A stretch of DNA of 63,555 nt, counting the filler, from Collodictyon triciliatum (taxonomy: Eukaryota): the NCBI GenBank assembly GCA_043381765.1. It is 4 parts of 4 records of this genome, joined end to end, with 100 filler letters (N's around TTAATTAATTAA, not from the genome) between each part and the next. Parts side by side here need not be neighbours in the genome. Positions count along the whole stretch, not along the records: positions 35,370 to 52,943 come from JBHJMP010001442.1; positions 53,044 to 63,555 come from JBHJMP010001525.1; 2 more parts are not named here. One strand, written 5' to 3'. Shown piece by piece: positions 38,701 to 55,887 of this stretch. Below the pieces are notes generated by a model, which saw only the letters and a list, made by a program, of their open reading frames with translations, was not told the DNA's origin and ran no database searches. The position numbers were made by a program, and so were the translations under genes. How positions within the stretch are numbered: position 1 is the stretch's first letter; each line of letters starts with the position of its first letter.

Positions 38701-41700
38701 TTCAATCAGGTTCAATTTATTTTAAAAAATAGGATTCAAAGACTTGCTTCCTTGTATCCATCGGTGAGCATCAAAGCCTTGGAAAAATACCTCAATGATT
38801 CATCATATGATTTTGAAGCAGCATCGCAAATGGCATACAAAAACATGCTAAGGTTTTTTTTTTTAACCAACGCTATGAATGAAATATAGTTTGCAGTTTA
38901 TTGCTGGAATGAAACCACTTTGAAATGCACTGAAAGTTTTTTTATCAGAAAAACGCCAGACTTGCTCGACCCAAACCGATTTTTCATGGCAAATGTATTA
39001 ACACAGTGATTTAACAAATATATATATACTTATGCTATTTATACATAACAAGAAAGACGGCCATGTGTCTGTTAGCATATTCATCGTTTATTTTTTTCTC
39101 CAGAATCATGGAAATACAGTTTATCCATACAACAAATTGTATCCAAACATCGGCTCATTTTTCACCTCTTGGCAAGAAATGTTTGGCACCCCATCCGAAA
39201 TGGCCAACGGTGTATCGTTTTTAAGGGACTTTCGTAGCCAGCTGAATGAATTTATCAACATAGTAGACTCTACCATGTATACTATAAGACCTTTAATTTT
39301 TCTCTCTAACAAAGTCAATTTAACCATTTTACATCCAGAGACAAAAACCAATGTGTATGCACGAAATATTTAAAAGAATGATTTATTTATGACTTTAAAC
39401 TGATCTTTTCTCTTAATTCAACACTTTATCATACGGCTACCATAAAAAAATAATCAAGAGCGTCTCCATCTTTCGCAGGTTGGTTTGCGTCCTTCATTTA
39501 TGTCTAATCATACATAATACTAATAATCAGCTCTTCATGCAAAATTTTATCCAAAGGAAAAGTTCCTTTTCTAAAAGCAATACTGATAATTGATCTATAG
39601 GCCGCCTTTACAAAGTTGCTCAAGGAAGACCCGAAGTATATCGTATTATTCATAACGCGTGTTCTAAACTCGGGAACTGGCGAGAGCTTCCATGGAATCT
39701 TCCTATCGGAGTCGGAAATCCAAATTCTCACTCCGCGACTATCGGCTGGAATCTTTTATGGACTTGGAGTAAACCCAAAATCGACTACTCGAAGCTTATG
39801 GTTTGGCAGGTTCGTTCGTATATAATCGTTTTGATTTTATTTTTTTCTATTTGATTCGTCAGAAAGGCTTAGACTTTGTCATGATTGTATAACTCAACTG
39901 AATTTTTATTAAATTTTGTCATATTTGAATAGAAAGTGAACCATTTTCCTGGAGCAAAAAATATCACACGCAAAGACATGCTAAAAAAGAACATATCGAG
40001 ACACAGGTAGATTTTGCTCTTTGCTAAGTTTTCTTAATTTCTAGCATCGATTTTTTTGACTGAGCCTTTCTAGAAACAACAGCATATTGTTATGTTAATT
40101 GCATGTCAACAGCCTTAATATTCTCCTAATGATCAAAATAATCCACAGACAGTCTCCAGGGAAGTTGAGTGACTTTTTCGATATTTGTCCTGTGACTTAT
40201 ATTCTTCCAAGCGATTATGTTGCCTTTAATGATGACTACAACGATGTTTGTGTCCTATTATTTCATTTATTTTACGAAATTTTGTAGAATATAAAAAGTA
40301 CTATATATACGGATATATTCTTGGTTGCAATACTCCTGGGCTACCAAAAAAAAATTAAAAGAAAAAACTGAATAAAAATATTTTTGGCGGCAATCTTTCC
40401 CTCTGATATTAGAGACGAGATACAGGGAAAAATAATGTTTGGATTTCTAAGCCTGTCAGTCTGTCTCGAGGGCGGGGTATATTTTTATTCGACGATATTT
40501 CTGCTGTGAGGACACCAGAGCCAATTATTGTTCAAAAGGTACTACACTCGCTGTATCTGAAGATTATATGTACACGATTTGTTTTAACAAAGAAAAGTAT
40601 TATTTTGCCTCATCGTTACTACAATATTAGTACATAGAAAATCCTCTACTAATGGACGGCTACAAGTTTGATTTGCGCCTGTATATTCTTGTCACTTCCA
40701 TGAATCCATTAGAAGTATTTTTATATAGAGAAGGTTTTGCACGATTAAGGTACCATCATTTTTCATTTAATTGACTAAATTGAGCACTCGTCTTTGATAT
40801 TTCAAAAAAATACTACATCGCAAGAATAATTAAGTTGCTGAATTAATTTGAAATGATTGGATGCATAGCATTCACTATGTATTCATTATGGTTTATATTG
40901 TAGCATGAGAAGATATTCAACAGATTCACAGGATATTAGTGATAAGTTCATCCACATCACAAACAGTTCGATACAAAAATATGCTGATGACCAAGCCCAG
41001 GTTTTAAACATGAATACTCGGCAATTTTTAAATTACATGTCACTTGCTCGGAATAGAAAATTATTTTAACAAACATGACGCATCAAATGTATTCAATTTA
41101 TCTCACTATTTTTTTGGAAAAATAATTGCAAGTATTTTGTGAGTGGCTATCAAAAAAGGGATTGATGTTTAATCATCTGACAGTTTTCAGAAAACCCTGA
41201 TGACCAAGGCGGTACGAAATGTAGCTTGGCTTATCTTCGAAAGAAACTAGAAGAAGGCGGAATCAACTATGATGCAGTATGGGAAAATATTTCGGAGGTG
41301 CGGATTTCTTTCATCTTCAGATACTACATTATACATTTCGCCTTTTTTTTTTAAAAAAAAAAACATCTCGTTTTTGAAAATGAATGACTTTATGCTTTGT
41401 TACAAACTTGACTCAGTTCTTACTTATTGACATCGTTATATTTCAGCTTATCCTCAAATCCCTCATCGCTGTTCAAGACTTGATTCCATCCCAAGCCAAC
41501 AGGTTCAAGATTTTAACTTTTTCATCATTCTAAAATGGGTTTATACACAAGCCTATCAATTGGTTATCTGGTATGTCTGCTGAAGTCATTGCATATTCCT
41601 GTAGAAAAAAAATTATCCATCTTACGCAATAAAATTGTACAGCTTCGAAGTTTTTGGATATGATGTCTTGATTGATACAAACTTGCGACCATGGCTTATC

Positions 41701-42574
41701 GAAATTAACGCATCTCCCTCCATGTCCGTTGATAATGAGCTTGATATGCAAGTGAAAGATAGGGTGCGACTGAACAAAAGACCAATATCGCCTTGTTTTT
41801 AATTTTATTATTTGTATATAAGCCAAAACCAAACGCAGTTATATCTGTGTAAGTTTCGTCTATTTTCCTCAACGGTATCTTTCTTTGATTTTTTTTTTTT
41901 GGGTAGATGATTGAGGATACTATCAAATTGGTGCATCCGCCATACATCGATCGCAACGCTTTGCTTGTGAGCACACTATTTTCACAATATGGATAGTAAA
42001 AGCGGCATATGTTCAAATTTTTTAAATTGAAGGAGAGTAAATACTGACGCATTACGAGTAGGCGCTCTTTTCAAGAAGACTCGACGCCCACGACCGCACC
42101 TGGGCCAAAAGTGGGACTGTACAGACTATTTCGCGTAAAAAATAATAATCTGCGATCAGACATTTACCAACTTATATAATCTTAATAGAATTTTTGTCAC
42201 AAAAATACAACTCATCTAATTGTTTATGAACCCTCCCCTCGAAATTTTAGAGTACAATGCTGCAATCCATTCGATTTTGCAAGGCCACGTTCCTCGCGCT
42301 CCAGGTTAAAATAACGGGATTATAATTTAGATTTTGTCGATAGGGTTATTATAAGCAGCCGGAATACCCAACAGCCTTTAACCGCGATAGTCATAGTCAT
42401 AGTCATAATCATACACACATCCACAATTTTCACTTCTCAGACTCAAACAATCTTTAAATACTCTCACTAGGTGAAGCCCCAGAATATATGGGCCAATATG
42501 AGAGAATTAGTCCTTCTAAACTTTGCGAAAGAGTGATGAAAACGCTCAAGGGCATACGAGCTGAGCAAAAATAA
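35705..42574 (+). CDS. TTLL: Tubulin-tyrosine-ligase-like protein (probable polyglutamylase) with a long N-terminal extension
   Basis: Exons encode [76 protein letters not shown] and [26 protein letters not shown]. The catalytic core (about 39930-41960) is secure; linkage to the exons from ATG 35705 and the stop at 42574 are inferred from splice phases. Confidence 0.85.
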
Positions 42575-43148
42575 TGTGTAGAGATTGTCTACAATTAAAC
42601 TGTAGTTTTCTGTCAAAACGTAACGCTTTGTAATGAATAAAAGTTTGTCGGCTATAAAAATAATGTTCTGCAGGAACCACGCGTGAAAGGAAGGAAATTC
42701 CACCATGATAAAATGTTGAAATTATTTTGAGTCAAAAATACATATTTTCAGGATAAATTCTTCGGCATTAGAGATAGTTTGCTTCTCTGCTCAAGTTTCT
42801 TTTAAAAAAATGATATTTATAAATCCATTCTTTGTTCTTTCAGAAATATTGTCGCAGTGCTTACCAAATAGAAGGGGGAAAAAAGCCACGTACCTATTAT
42901 AATAAAATTAAATGGAAGACATCGTCATCGTTGGCATTATAAAAAAAACTGGTTATATAGATAACACGAAGGCGCAATCTAACCAATCACAATTGTACCG
43001 CACAAAATAAAATCAGAATGCTTTTTCCCTCAAAGGCATTTCATTTTTTTCTCGTATTATTTGAATCCTTAGCCCTGACACAAGTCTCTACCGCAGCCAA
43101 ATATATTCTGAAAAGGTTTTCTTCCGCCGCCCTGTGTGCCCAAATACC

Positions 43149-44232
43149 ATGGATATGAACACATGCAAAAACTGTACATCCTCAAGCATGCCTCAATCAT
43201 TTGACTCGGAGGTGACGATGTATTACACCCCGCCTGAAGAAAGAATAGCTAGGATTGAGGAAATTCCCAACAGGTTGATATCAACTCGTTTATGTTTGTA
43301 ATCCGCGCGACAAGAACATGCACCCAAAAAGTAAGACAATAAAATGGAGTGTTCCATCAAAGCAAATTAATTCAATCCCTAGTGATGAAGATAGCCCGGT
43401 ACTTGAGTCATACATCGGCATTCATATGCAAGAAAATAGAGGATGCTCACCAGACCTACCAAAACCGTTGAGGAGCACAAGTCCTGAAAAAGCGCTGCTT
43501 CAGACCAACCGAACAGAATTGTACTTTCAAGCATCAATTAACTTTTGAACAATACTTTCTTTATCTTGAAACTTCCACATCGTTTTTTTCCCCGGAGTCT
43601 AGTACCTTGTCACTGTTAATCATAATATATCCTATCAACATTACGCAAACGGGGTAGTAAAATCATCACAGACCACTTTACCAACGTTATCTCACAGTCT
43701 CCTTATCAGGTACTTCCTTGAAGTGTTTACTACCCAAGATACAACAGAGAACACCATCGATATCCTGCAAAACGAAATCAGCCAAGTGTTGTACATCGAC
43801 GCGCTTTTAGACAGCTCCGCCAAGAATATACAAGTACAGTTGGCAGATGTTCTATACTTCATGAGCAGCGAAAAGAACCAAATACCGTGAATCCTATTTA
43901 TCATTTGTTTGAAAGTTTCGATTTACTTTGTTTGGCTTGAGTGAAAATTGACACATTACATCTCTCATCAGACTAATAAAAAGAAGCAGAGTGCACCGAG
44001 CGAGAGGGACGAGTCTCTTTTGTATATCACATCTTTTGGGGATGCGGAGAGCCCACGCACCGAAGGCCTGAAGTATAGGGGTCGCGTTTGCACGGGCGAC
44101 CCTTTGTCTGGGCAAACATCACTCGCTTTATCAACATCAAACCGCAAGGGAAATGACGAAGGAACCCTGGAGGTGGACAACATCAGTTCCAATGAGAAAA
44201 CACCAGCAAGATGTACATGCCTGTTGCTGTGA
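43149..44232 (+). CDS. Small spliced protein of unknown function, possibly ending in CaaX (CTCLLL)
   Basis: ATG 43149 and exon-like open segments at about 43149-43274, 43330-43520 and 43710-43886. The last ORF ends TPARCTCLLL-TGA; its splice acceptor is uncertain. Confidence 0.4.
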
Positions 44233-44783
44233 GGTATTAAAAAAAAAATGGCTGGGCATCACAGATATTCTGATTTTTGTTTCTGGAAAGACAAACCACC
44301 TGGTAATCACTTATTTATTTGTAAATATTAAAAAAAAAAAAAAAAGTGCATATTTGTATCTGTATAAAATAGGAGATAATGTATTGCGGGAACATGTGGG
44401 AACTCGCCAAGGCAGAAATATGTGTATTGCATGATTTTTTTATTATATGCAGCAACTTTGCTTGAAGTGGGTTCCTGACCCACATCAGCATGCTCTGACA
44501 ATGTTTTATCACCCTATCATGTAATTAAAAGGAGGGACTTCAGTAAAGCACCGTTACATTAGTACTTTGCCTTTGTCAATTAATTATACGCCTTCGTCTC
44601 AACCTCATTTTCTAAGGGATAATATTTTTGGACTGCTTTTTTTCTTTTTGTTTTTCTGTATTTTGCTTTTTGTTAGAATAAGACGAGGAATAATCAAAAA
44701 AAATAGGGAATAGGTGAGCGCATACTTTAAGGTGACAATGAGTGCGGATTGCAAATATGTGCAACTACTATTACACACAAAGT

Positions 44784-48311
<3,528 letters not shown>

Positions 48312-48599
48312 GCCTGCTGGTTATCCCACAGGATTGACGCTTGTTTTTTTTTGTTTTTTGTTGTTTTTTGTTGTTTTTTTGTTGTTTTTTTGTTGTTTTT
48401 TTGTTGTTTTTTTGTTGTTTTTTTTGTTGTTTTTTTGTTGTTTTTTTTCGGAATTCTTCGATTCGAACTTTCGAATTGTGTACGAAAAAAGAAGCGTGAC
48501 TGTTACGAATGAAAAAAAAGTACGCGAATTCAGATTTGGTTGCCCATCATTCACGCTTGAATTTTTATTTGTTTATGTTTTTGTTTTATGTTTTATTTT

Positions 48600-48646
48600 A
48601 TGTTTTATTTTTTGTTTCTGTTTTTGTTTTTGTTTTTGTTTTTGTT

Positions 48647-48730
<84 letters not shown>
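48600..48730. repeat. (TTTTTG)n plus poly-T tract
   Basis: Read directly. Confidence 0.9.
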
Positions 48731-48731
<1 letters not shown>

Positions 48732-48765
48732 GATATTCTTTTTTATATAATAGCAACGACTGAGA

Positions 48766-50163
48766 CTATTGCGATTCCTGCGCTGTGCGACAGAAGGAGC
48801 GATGGCGGTCCACGAGTTCCGCGATGAGCTGCCGCTCGATGTCGACATCCTGTTCTATCATCACCGACGAGCGGCGGATGTGCGCTTCGGATTGGTCGTC
48901 CACAAGGATAACGTGATCTTTTCGTGTGTGTAATAGATTTGCAACCACGCAGTGGACAGAATACTTCTGGATGCTCTGCCTCGCTTTTTTTATGAGAATT
49001 TGCTGGTCTGTTTCAAGCTAGGTCGTAAGGAAGGTCAATAAGCATTCCACGAGGAAGAAGAAGAAAGAAACGGAAAAAGAAGGATGGAGGCAAATATAAA
49101 AGTTTGAGGAAATAAATAAATAAATAAAATCAGAGTGGGGCTTTGGCGAATAGAAAAGTGCTGAGTTGTTTTCTGGCTTATGACAAAACAAACCTTGAAG
49201 GAAATAACAAAGGCACTTGGGCACCAAGTCTGTCTAAGGATACCTATAACCTTTGGCGTCTGGTCCAACTCAAGCTTCAAGGGACCTTCCGATGACTGTA
49301 TCTTATGCTCAGCCTGAACGAGTCCAGAAAGGGGAAATAACGATTTGATGTTACACACTGAGATTCATACATCAAATATTTCTTTTTATTAAAAATTGGA
49401 GAACATTATTGGAAAGATAAAAGAAGGCAAATTAACAGGAAGATGAGAGAATCGCATTAAGCGGAGATAGAGGAGATTTGTGGGGGAAAGGAAGGCCTAT
49501 CAATCACCATTTTCGAAGGCTCCACTAGAAAGTCAGAGACAGCAGCAGCCAAGTACATGATGCCGTTTCTTCCGACATCGGCAATTGCGCAAGATACTAG
49601 CTTCAACAGAAAGATGTACTCGTAAACCGTAGTGAATTCGATGCTGAGCAATGTTTTGTTTTCTTTGGCCTATTGGAAAGAATTTATGAAATAAAAAAAG
49701 AATTTTCTCAACAATCATCGCAGAACTGGGCATATTTATTTTTCCAAACATCTCATAAATATGAGTGAGATATGTCTCTTCACCTCGTTATGTTTCTTGA
49801 GATGATTGAGAAGATTTGCACAGCCTCCAGCATCGGAAACTACTCGATTTTTATTTCGTATTTTTTTTTTACTAAAATAAGTATATTGCAAAGAAATGAA
49901 TAAAACAATGAATTAATAAAATAAAGAACACATAAAGTAATACCTTCGATAGTTCCGTGCTCGCTCACTTTCAGGTAATCAAGAAATTGGTGCATGCATC
50001 CACTGTAGTGCCTTGTGAAAGGTGCGAGAGAATGTCGCCGGTGCAAGAAAATGACGGCATATCCATGTTCAAGAAACTCTCTTTTGAACCAATATGATGT
50101 AAATTGGGTGCAATTGTGAAGATAGGGTGGCAGAATGTGGGAGTAGTATAAAATGGTCAAAAA

Positions 50164-50246
<83 letters not shown>

Positions 50247-50695
50247 ATGTCTATTAACATATAGAAAATAAATAAAATTGAAACATAAGGTGATATGTTA
50301 TGTGCAATATTGAGAATGTCTACAATAAAATGTAAAATTTCAATTGCCATGTATTCATATATTGAAATATTGAAATAAAAAAGAAAAGGAAATGTAAAGA
50401 TAATGATGAGTAAAAATATAGCAGATATAGCAGATAAAGCAGACTCCGCAGAAGCAGCACCCCGAGTCCCAGCACTGAAGTTGTCCAGGAAGCGCACAGC
50501 ATTCCTCTCCAAAGGCACCGTTGTCCCGCCCGACGTGACACACACAACCGGACGCGCACTCCCGTGAAGCCGGACAAAGTCGCCCACGCGGGTCGCCATG
50601 GCTTCATAGTTGGTGGGGATTGTCCAGTCCCTGAAGAAGCCTTCGTCGGCTGCCGCTTCTTCGCCGCAGTTGGTGCGCACGCTTGCTTCGGACAT
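48766..50695 (-). CDS. PPCS: Phosphopantothenate-cysteine ligase (CoA biosynthesis, CAB2 homologue)
   Basis: [75 protein letters not shown]. Confidence 0.95.
50159..50247. repeat. (AAAT)n microsatellite (intronic)
   Basis: Read directly. Confidence 0.95.
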
Positions 50696-51353
50696 GGCTT
50701 TCGATCTGCAGGTGTCTCTTTTTGCTTGTGAACAGATGCTGCGATGGTGACGTGAGAGAGTTAGTAGCTGCGCCTGGAATGGCCAGATGACAGCAGTTGC
50801 AGATTGTTTGTACGATTATACGTGGCTTCATTCATAATTCTGGCACTAGATTGATTAAGATGGCTTCGCAATATGCTTAACATCCTAACATTTTATTTCC
50901 CACAAATGTAAAAAAGAAGTGTATGCAACTGTCCCCGCTTCGTATCTTTATCTACATTGGAGATTCTGCCTAATATGGTATCAAATGGTAGGATGTAAAA
51001 ACTGGCTTCTATCCGATTGCCTTCGAACCTGTGTGGGCGGCGAGAAATGTGGAAAAATGGTTGAACGTGTCTGTGTCGAACATCTCTTTAAAAACTGCCT
51101 CTGCAAATCCAGCGCACTTCTCTGCGTCATCGGTATGGAGCACTTTTTTAGCCAACCTCCCGGAAATATTCCAGGAACTTTCTCCGCATCTGGAATTTAA
51201 AGTATGTGCTTCGAAACGGCAGCCTGAAGAGGAAATTGCGCATCGTTTGTAAATGAAAACAACCAAACTATGTATCGTTTTCCTTAAGTAAGGTGGGCGC
51301 TGCAAGCATCACTTCGATAGGCCTTATCCTTGTTGGAACCACATCCATCATGT

Positions 51354-52372
51354 TTATTGCCCATGCAGCTTGTCGTCCCATGGAACCCAGACCTTCTCCT
51401 CGCTTGATATCTTCGGGCATAGAACAGCAAAGACACAGCCGAATACAAGACCCACCACAACCTGCTCAGGCGTGTGGTACCCGAGATATATCCTGTGATG
51501 AAGATACCGAAACAAACACCCCGTCACGACGCAGATTAATACACAAACATATTGCATCGCAATCTTGCCGTGGTACAGCACCAACCCAACCCATAACTTA
51601 TCCCAGCGGTCGGCAATCATTCGAAGAAAAATGAGAGAAAGAAAGGGGCAACGATTCGTACCGCGAATATCCGACAAGACAGGCAGCTATGATGATTATG
51701 AGCGACGCAAACCATCTTACAGCCCAAAACGGCCCCCGATATCTAAACAGACCCAATAATTACCCATAGGGATATTCACGGACTCATGCGATCGAGTGGG
51801 AAATAACAAGATGGGATACGTTGCCCAAGTGAGTCACCTATGAAGCAGGATGGTAGCATAGGTCGCAAAAAACCCCATAAACTGACCGTGATTCGAAGGC
51901 ATCCCGTAATCCTCGCGGTCGCTTCCTTCAAATAGGATAATAACAATAAGAATAAGAATGGCGATGTGAGTGAGTTACAATTAGGGATATTACTTTGGAG
52001 TAGTCAGACAGAAAGAAAGGAAGAAAAGAAAGAAAGAAAGGGAATTGCTCATGTCTGATAGCATCCAGCTTGCGGATATCTAGCCTACAATCGCACAATG
52101 CCTTTACATCAAACGGAATGAGGGAGATGCAGAGAGCAGAGAAGACCTTGCGGCCTTTCGTTGGCAAGAAACCTCTTGAGCATCATGCACACGATGTGGT
52201 TGACTGTGAGGCCAGCCAGAAAAGCAACAGTGCGCCAGTGCCGATGGAAGACGATCAAAGTCAGCAGTGCAACAACAAGCGCAACTGGAGCGAGCGTCAC
52301 GTAGGCGAGGATCTTGCCAAGGATATCGCCGTCCTCGTACTGCACAAACGTCAGCGAAAGCGGCTTCTTCAT
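51354..52372 (-). CDS. DOLPP1: Dolichyl pyrophosphate phosphatase (PAP2 family, CAX4/CWH8 homologue)
   Basis: SLTFVQYEDGDILGKILAYVTLAP; PAP2 motifs KRFLANERP, YGMPSNHGQFMGF and GYSR-IYLGYHTPEQV across four exons. Confidence 0.92.
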
Positions 52373-52848
52373 GTCGGAGCAAAGTACCGTTCTCTTCCCT
52401 TCTTTCCTCTCAACGCCGCGTCTTTGTGATCGGGCGTTCTTTGCAGGGAAGTGCGGGTCAGGAAAGAACTTATCCGAAAGCGAGAAAGAGTCGCAGCCAG
52501 GGCCGTATCTATGCCTGGCTCCTCTGGCGTTCGCGCCTTCTCAAGAGATATGGATGCTTCTTCTGTTTGTTGAAGGCACTTGCAGGGCGCGCACAAAAGG
52601 ATTATTGAGCGCAACGCGCAGTTGGATATAGAATAAAGAGAGAAGTAGGACAAAGTAGAAACACTGTTTCTTGTTTGCATACATAATGATGTTTTATCAG
52701 TACAAGCGAGGAGGATGCAGCCGAGAGGCATGTCCGAAGCAGTGAATACGCACCGTGAGACAGAGTATGAAAAGGGGGCGGTTTGGTATTAGACTAATAT
52801 GAAGAAAGAATACATGTAGATATATATGTATGCATAGAGATATCCACA

Positions 52849-52851
52849 GGA

Positions 52852-52943
<92 letters not shown>
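52849..52943. repeat. (AAAG)n microsatellite next to a gap
   Basis: Read directly. Confidence 0.95.
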
Positions 52944-53043
52944 NNNNNNNNNNNNNNNNNNNNNNNNNNNNNNNNNNNNNNNNNNNNTTAATTAATTAAN
53001 NNNNNNNNNNNNNNNNNNNNNNNNNNNNNNNNNNNNNNNNNNN
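52944..53043. other. Artificial 100-nt contig join
   Basis: 44N-TTAATTAATTAA-44N. Confidence 0.9.
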
Positions 53044-53275
53044 TCAAGAAGGAGGCGAGCGCATCTGTGGGCCTTGTTCTTGTTGTAGACGACTTGCTCG
53101 ACCCCGTGCAAAAATACTGTCCGCTCAGACAGACTTGCAGGCGGCTTCCTTGCTCGGGTCTCCCTGGACTTGCGTGCAACTCGGGTGGTTTTTCCGCACC
53201 AGCGCCGGAGGCGAAACTATACCGAGAAGTCAGTTGAGAGTTATCCTCTATGTCACGTTGAATGGTGGCCATCAC
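53044..53275 (-). mobile_element. 5' part of a second copy of the dispersed repeat at 2640-4160, cut by the gap
   Basis: SPGRPEQGSRLQVCLSGQYFCTGSSKS versus SPGRPVQGSRLQVCLIGQYFCTGSSKS; long identical DNA blocks such as CGACTTGCTCGACCCCGTGCAAAAATACTGTCCG. Confidence 0.75.
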
Positions 53276-54003
53276 ACCACGAGGCAGTCAACTGGGTTTG
53301 ACCGTGTTAAATTTTTTTCATATCATGAGGAAGTGTGATTTTTGTGAAATATGAGAATCTAGCGGTGGTTAAAAAAATTGTGGTGAAATAAAATGGTGAA
53401 AATGCTCGCTTGGCAAAACCCGCTGGAAGTGGTGGTATTGGCCTTATTGGTTGGTATGTTAACAAGCCGTTTGCACATAAAGCCATACTTCCCAGACCCT
53501 TAGCAACTTCGCAGGAGGGTCGTGTGTGCCTGCTGGTTAAATGTTGGCTACCTAATCGGCTCGTACATTCTGGGGCGGCGTCGTGGGTGCTTCGATTTTG
53601 GCACCGTCGCGTTGTGAGCTTGACATTTGATTGAGATTCAACTTTTATCTTGTATTTTGTTCTTTCTTCGCAAGTGTTGTAATGGGTGTTTGCTTCCACC
53701 TCGTCGAGTCTCTTTCGTGGCTGACGAGTCAGCGACGGAGCAACGCTGGGAATAAAACCTGCGAGGATTTGTGCCCTACGAAATATATCTCTTTTCGACC
53801 ATAACTCTAACCAACAATGAAGAATGAGAAATAAAAATGCCAACGACAATGAGAAGGCGCCTAGAGTACACAGATTCTAAAGCACCGTGGAAAACATGTG
53901 CCCATCGCTCAGGCTAACAAGGCAGGATGCGGCGTCAACTTATTCATCTCGAGTTCATTTATCATTAGGGAACAGGCATTCGCGCACATTCAGGGAGAAG
54001 GCC

Positions 54004-55887
54004 TTACTTTGAGCCACCGACATTTTGCATCTTGACAGATTTGGAGTGGCCGCTTCCGCCGTGAGAGTCCTTTGCAAACCCTTGGTAGTAGAGCGCGCCG
54101 AAGATGACGACTGTTCCAACCCATTGCCAGAAGGTCAACGGGTGGACAAAGAGGATGCAGGAGATAAGGATGCTGAGGAACTGGCGCGTGGTCATGATGG
54201 TTGCGTAGATGAGGGCGCCGAACTCTTTGATGGTGTAGGTGATGCAAAACTGCCCAGCGACTGCGGAGACGGAAAGGACGATGGCGTCGCTGAGAACTTC
54301 CGGGTGGCGGCCAACAAAGTCGATGGCTTCAAAGAGCTGGGAGGAGAGCAGCAGGCCTGGTGGAGTGTTTGGTGAGTGATGGAAGAGGTAGGGAATGCTA
54401 CTCACAGGTTTTTTGAAAAAAAGTTGTATCATTTTTTTTTTAAAAGAAAGGAAAAGGTAATGGTAGCGGGCACTCTTTTCGCTCTATTTTCCGGTTTCCA
54501 ATTGGATGGTGTTAAATACGAGAGCTGTGCCACGGCAATGTGAGTCAGTGTTTCACTTGGTGAAAATAGGATTACGCACCCACAAAGCTGATGATTCCAG
54601 AGCAGAGATTGACATACATCATCTGGTTATAAGTGGACATGGTGTATGAGCTGAAGAGCTTGGACTGGAAAGTGGATGTGAACCCATCAAATCCAAGATA
54701 TCTGCAATGGTTGGTGAGAATTCAGAATCACAGAGGAGCTTTCTCATTCATTCATTCGCTGAAACAAAAGGGGAGAAAGCATCCTGAATTAGACGGATAT
54801 ACTTTTCACCCGACAAATAGTACATATTCATATCCTGTTACGAGGCAAACAATAAAGAAAATAATGCGAGAGGCAGGGTATTCCAATTACTGACCCAACC
54901 ATCAAAAGAAGACCATAGAACGAGTTGGAGTGGTCTTGTTTCCCAGACCCTTCAGTAAGGTCCTGAGGTAATTTAGGGGAGAAGAGAGAAATAGAGAGAA
55001 ATAGAGAGAAATAGAGAGAAATAGAGAGAAATAGAGAGAAATAGAGAGAAATAGAGAGAAATAGAGAGAAATAGAGAGAAATAAATTAGAGGGACGAATA
55101 GAGAAGATATCATTTATAAACCAGCAAAAATATTCGACCAGCCAGGAAATCATTAGCAAGCGTAAGAGAGTTGTGACGTGAATGTATTATGATATAAACT
55201 CACCCCGGTAAGGAGAAAGAGCGTGCATCCAAACGTGACTGCTCCCGTGACTGCATAGTCTGAGACCTTGTAGGATTTGTTGTCGATGCACTTGCCCCAG
55301 AGCATGACAGGGATCATCTTTGCACACTTGCCGAGAGTCTGTGTGGGGAAGTTTACATAGCGAAGAGCCTCGTATTGGCACGTAGTAGCAGAGACGTTGG
55401 ACAGGGAAACCATAAAGAACTTGTATAGAGGAGCTGTTGGTGCGAGCGATTCGCGACGCATCAAAAGAACCAGCGCAGCAACGACACAGGCAGCCATGCG
55501 GTTATTTAGCACAAGGAATACAGAGTAGTGGAAAGTTTCGTCTCCGTACGGCGTAGTCATAATGCGCTCTTGGATAACTCCATAGAGCATAAGAGAGCCT
55601 GGACGGGCGCGATAGGTCATGTTGATGTTGTGAGGCGATTTAATCAGTAATTCTTTGTAATTTCTACGTCTGATTTTCTTTTTTTCTTTCTCTTCTATTC
55701 AGGACAAAAAAGAGAAAGAAAAAAAAGGAAGAAAAAGCAGCAAAGAGGATCACATACCGATGATTCCGACGACGCAGCAGGCGAGCTGGAAAGTGCGCCC
55801 AGAAAAGAGACCGGCCACCGCCTCTCCTGTTTTTTTGGCCTGCCCTTCCTCCAAGTCGACTGGTTGGTACTTTGGTCCGGAGCTCAT
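54004..55887 (-). CDS. SLC35B (UAA family) nucleotide-sugar/PAPS transporter, most like SLC35B2/PAPST1
   Basis: ATG 55887. YGVIQERIMTTPY, FLVLNNR, CQYEALRYVNFPTQTLGKCAKMIPVMLWG, YLGFDGFTSTFQ, GQFCITYTIKEFGALIYATIMTTRQFLSILISC. Confidence 0.92.
54982..55083. repeat. (AGAGAGAAAT)n decamer repeat (intronic)
   Basis: Read directly. Confidence 0.95.

Noticed and set aside
51009-51305. 98-aa ORF between PPCS and DOLPP1
   Set aside because: No recognisable motif. DOLPP1 already has a plausible stop at 51354, although an alternative last exon cannot be excluded.
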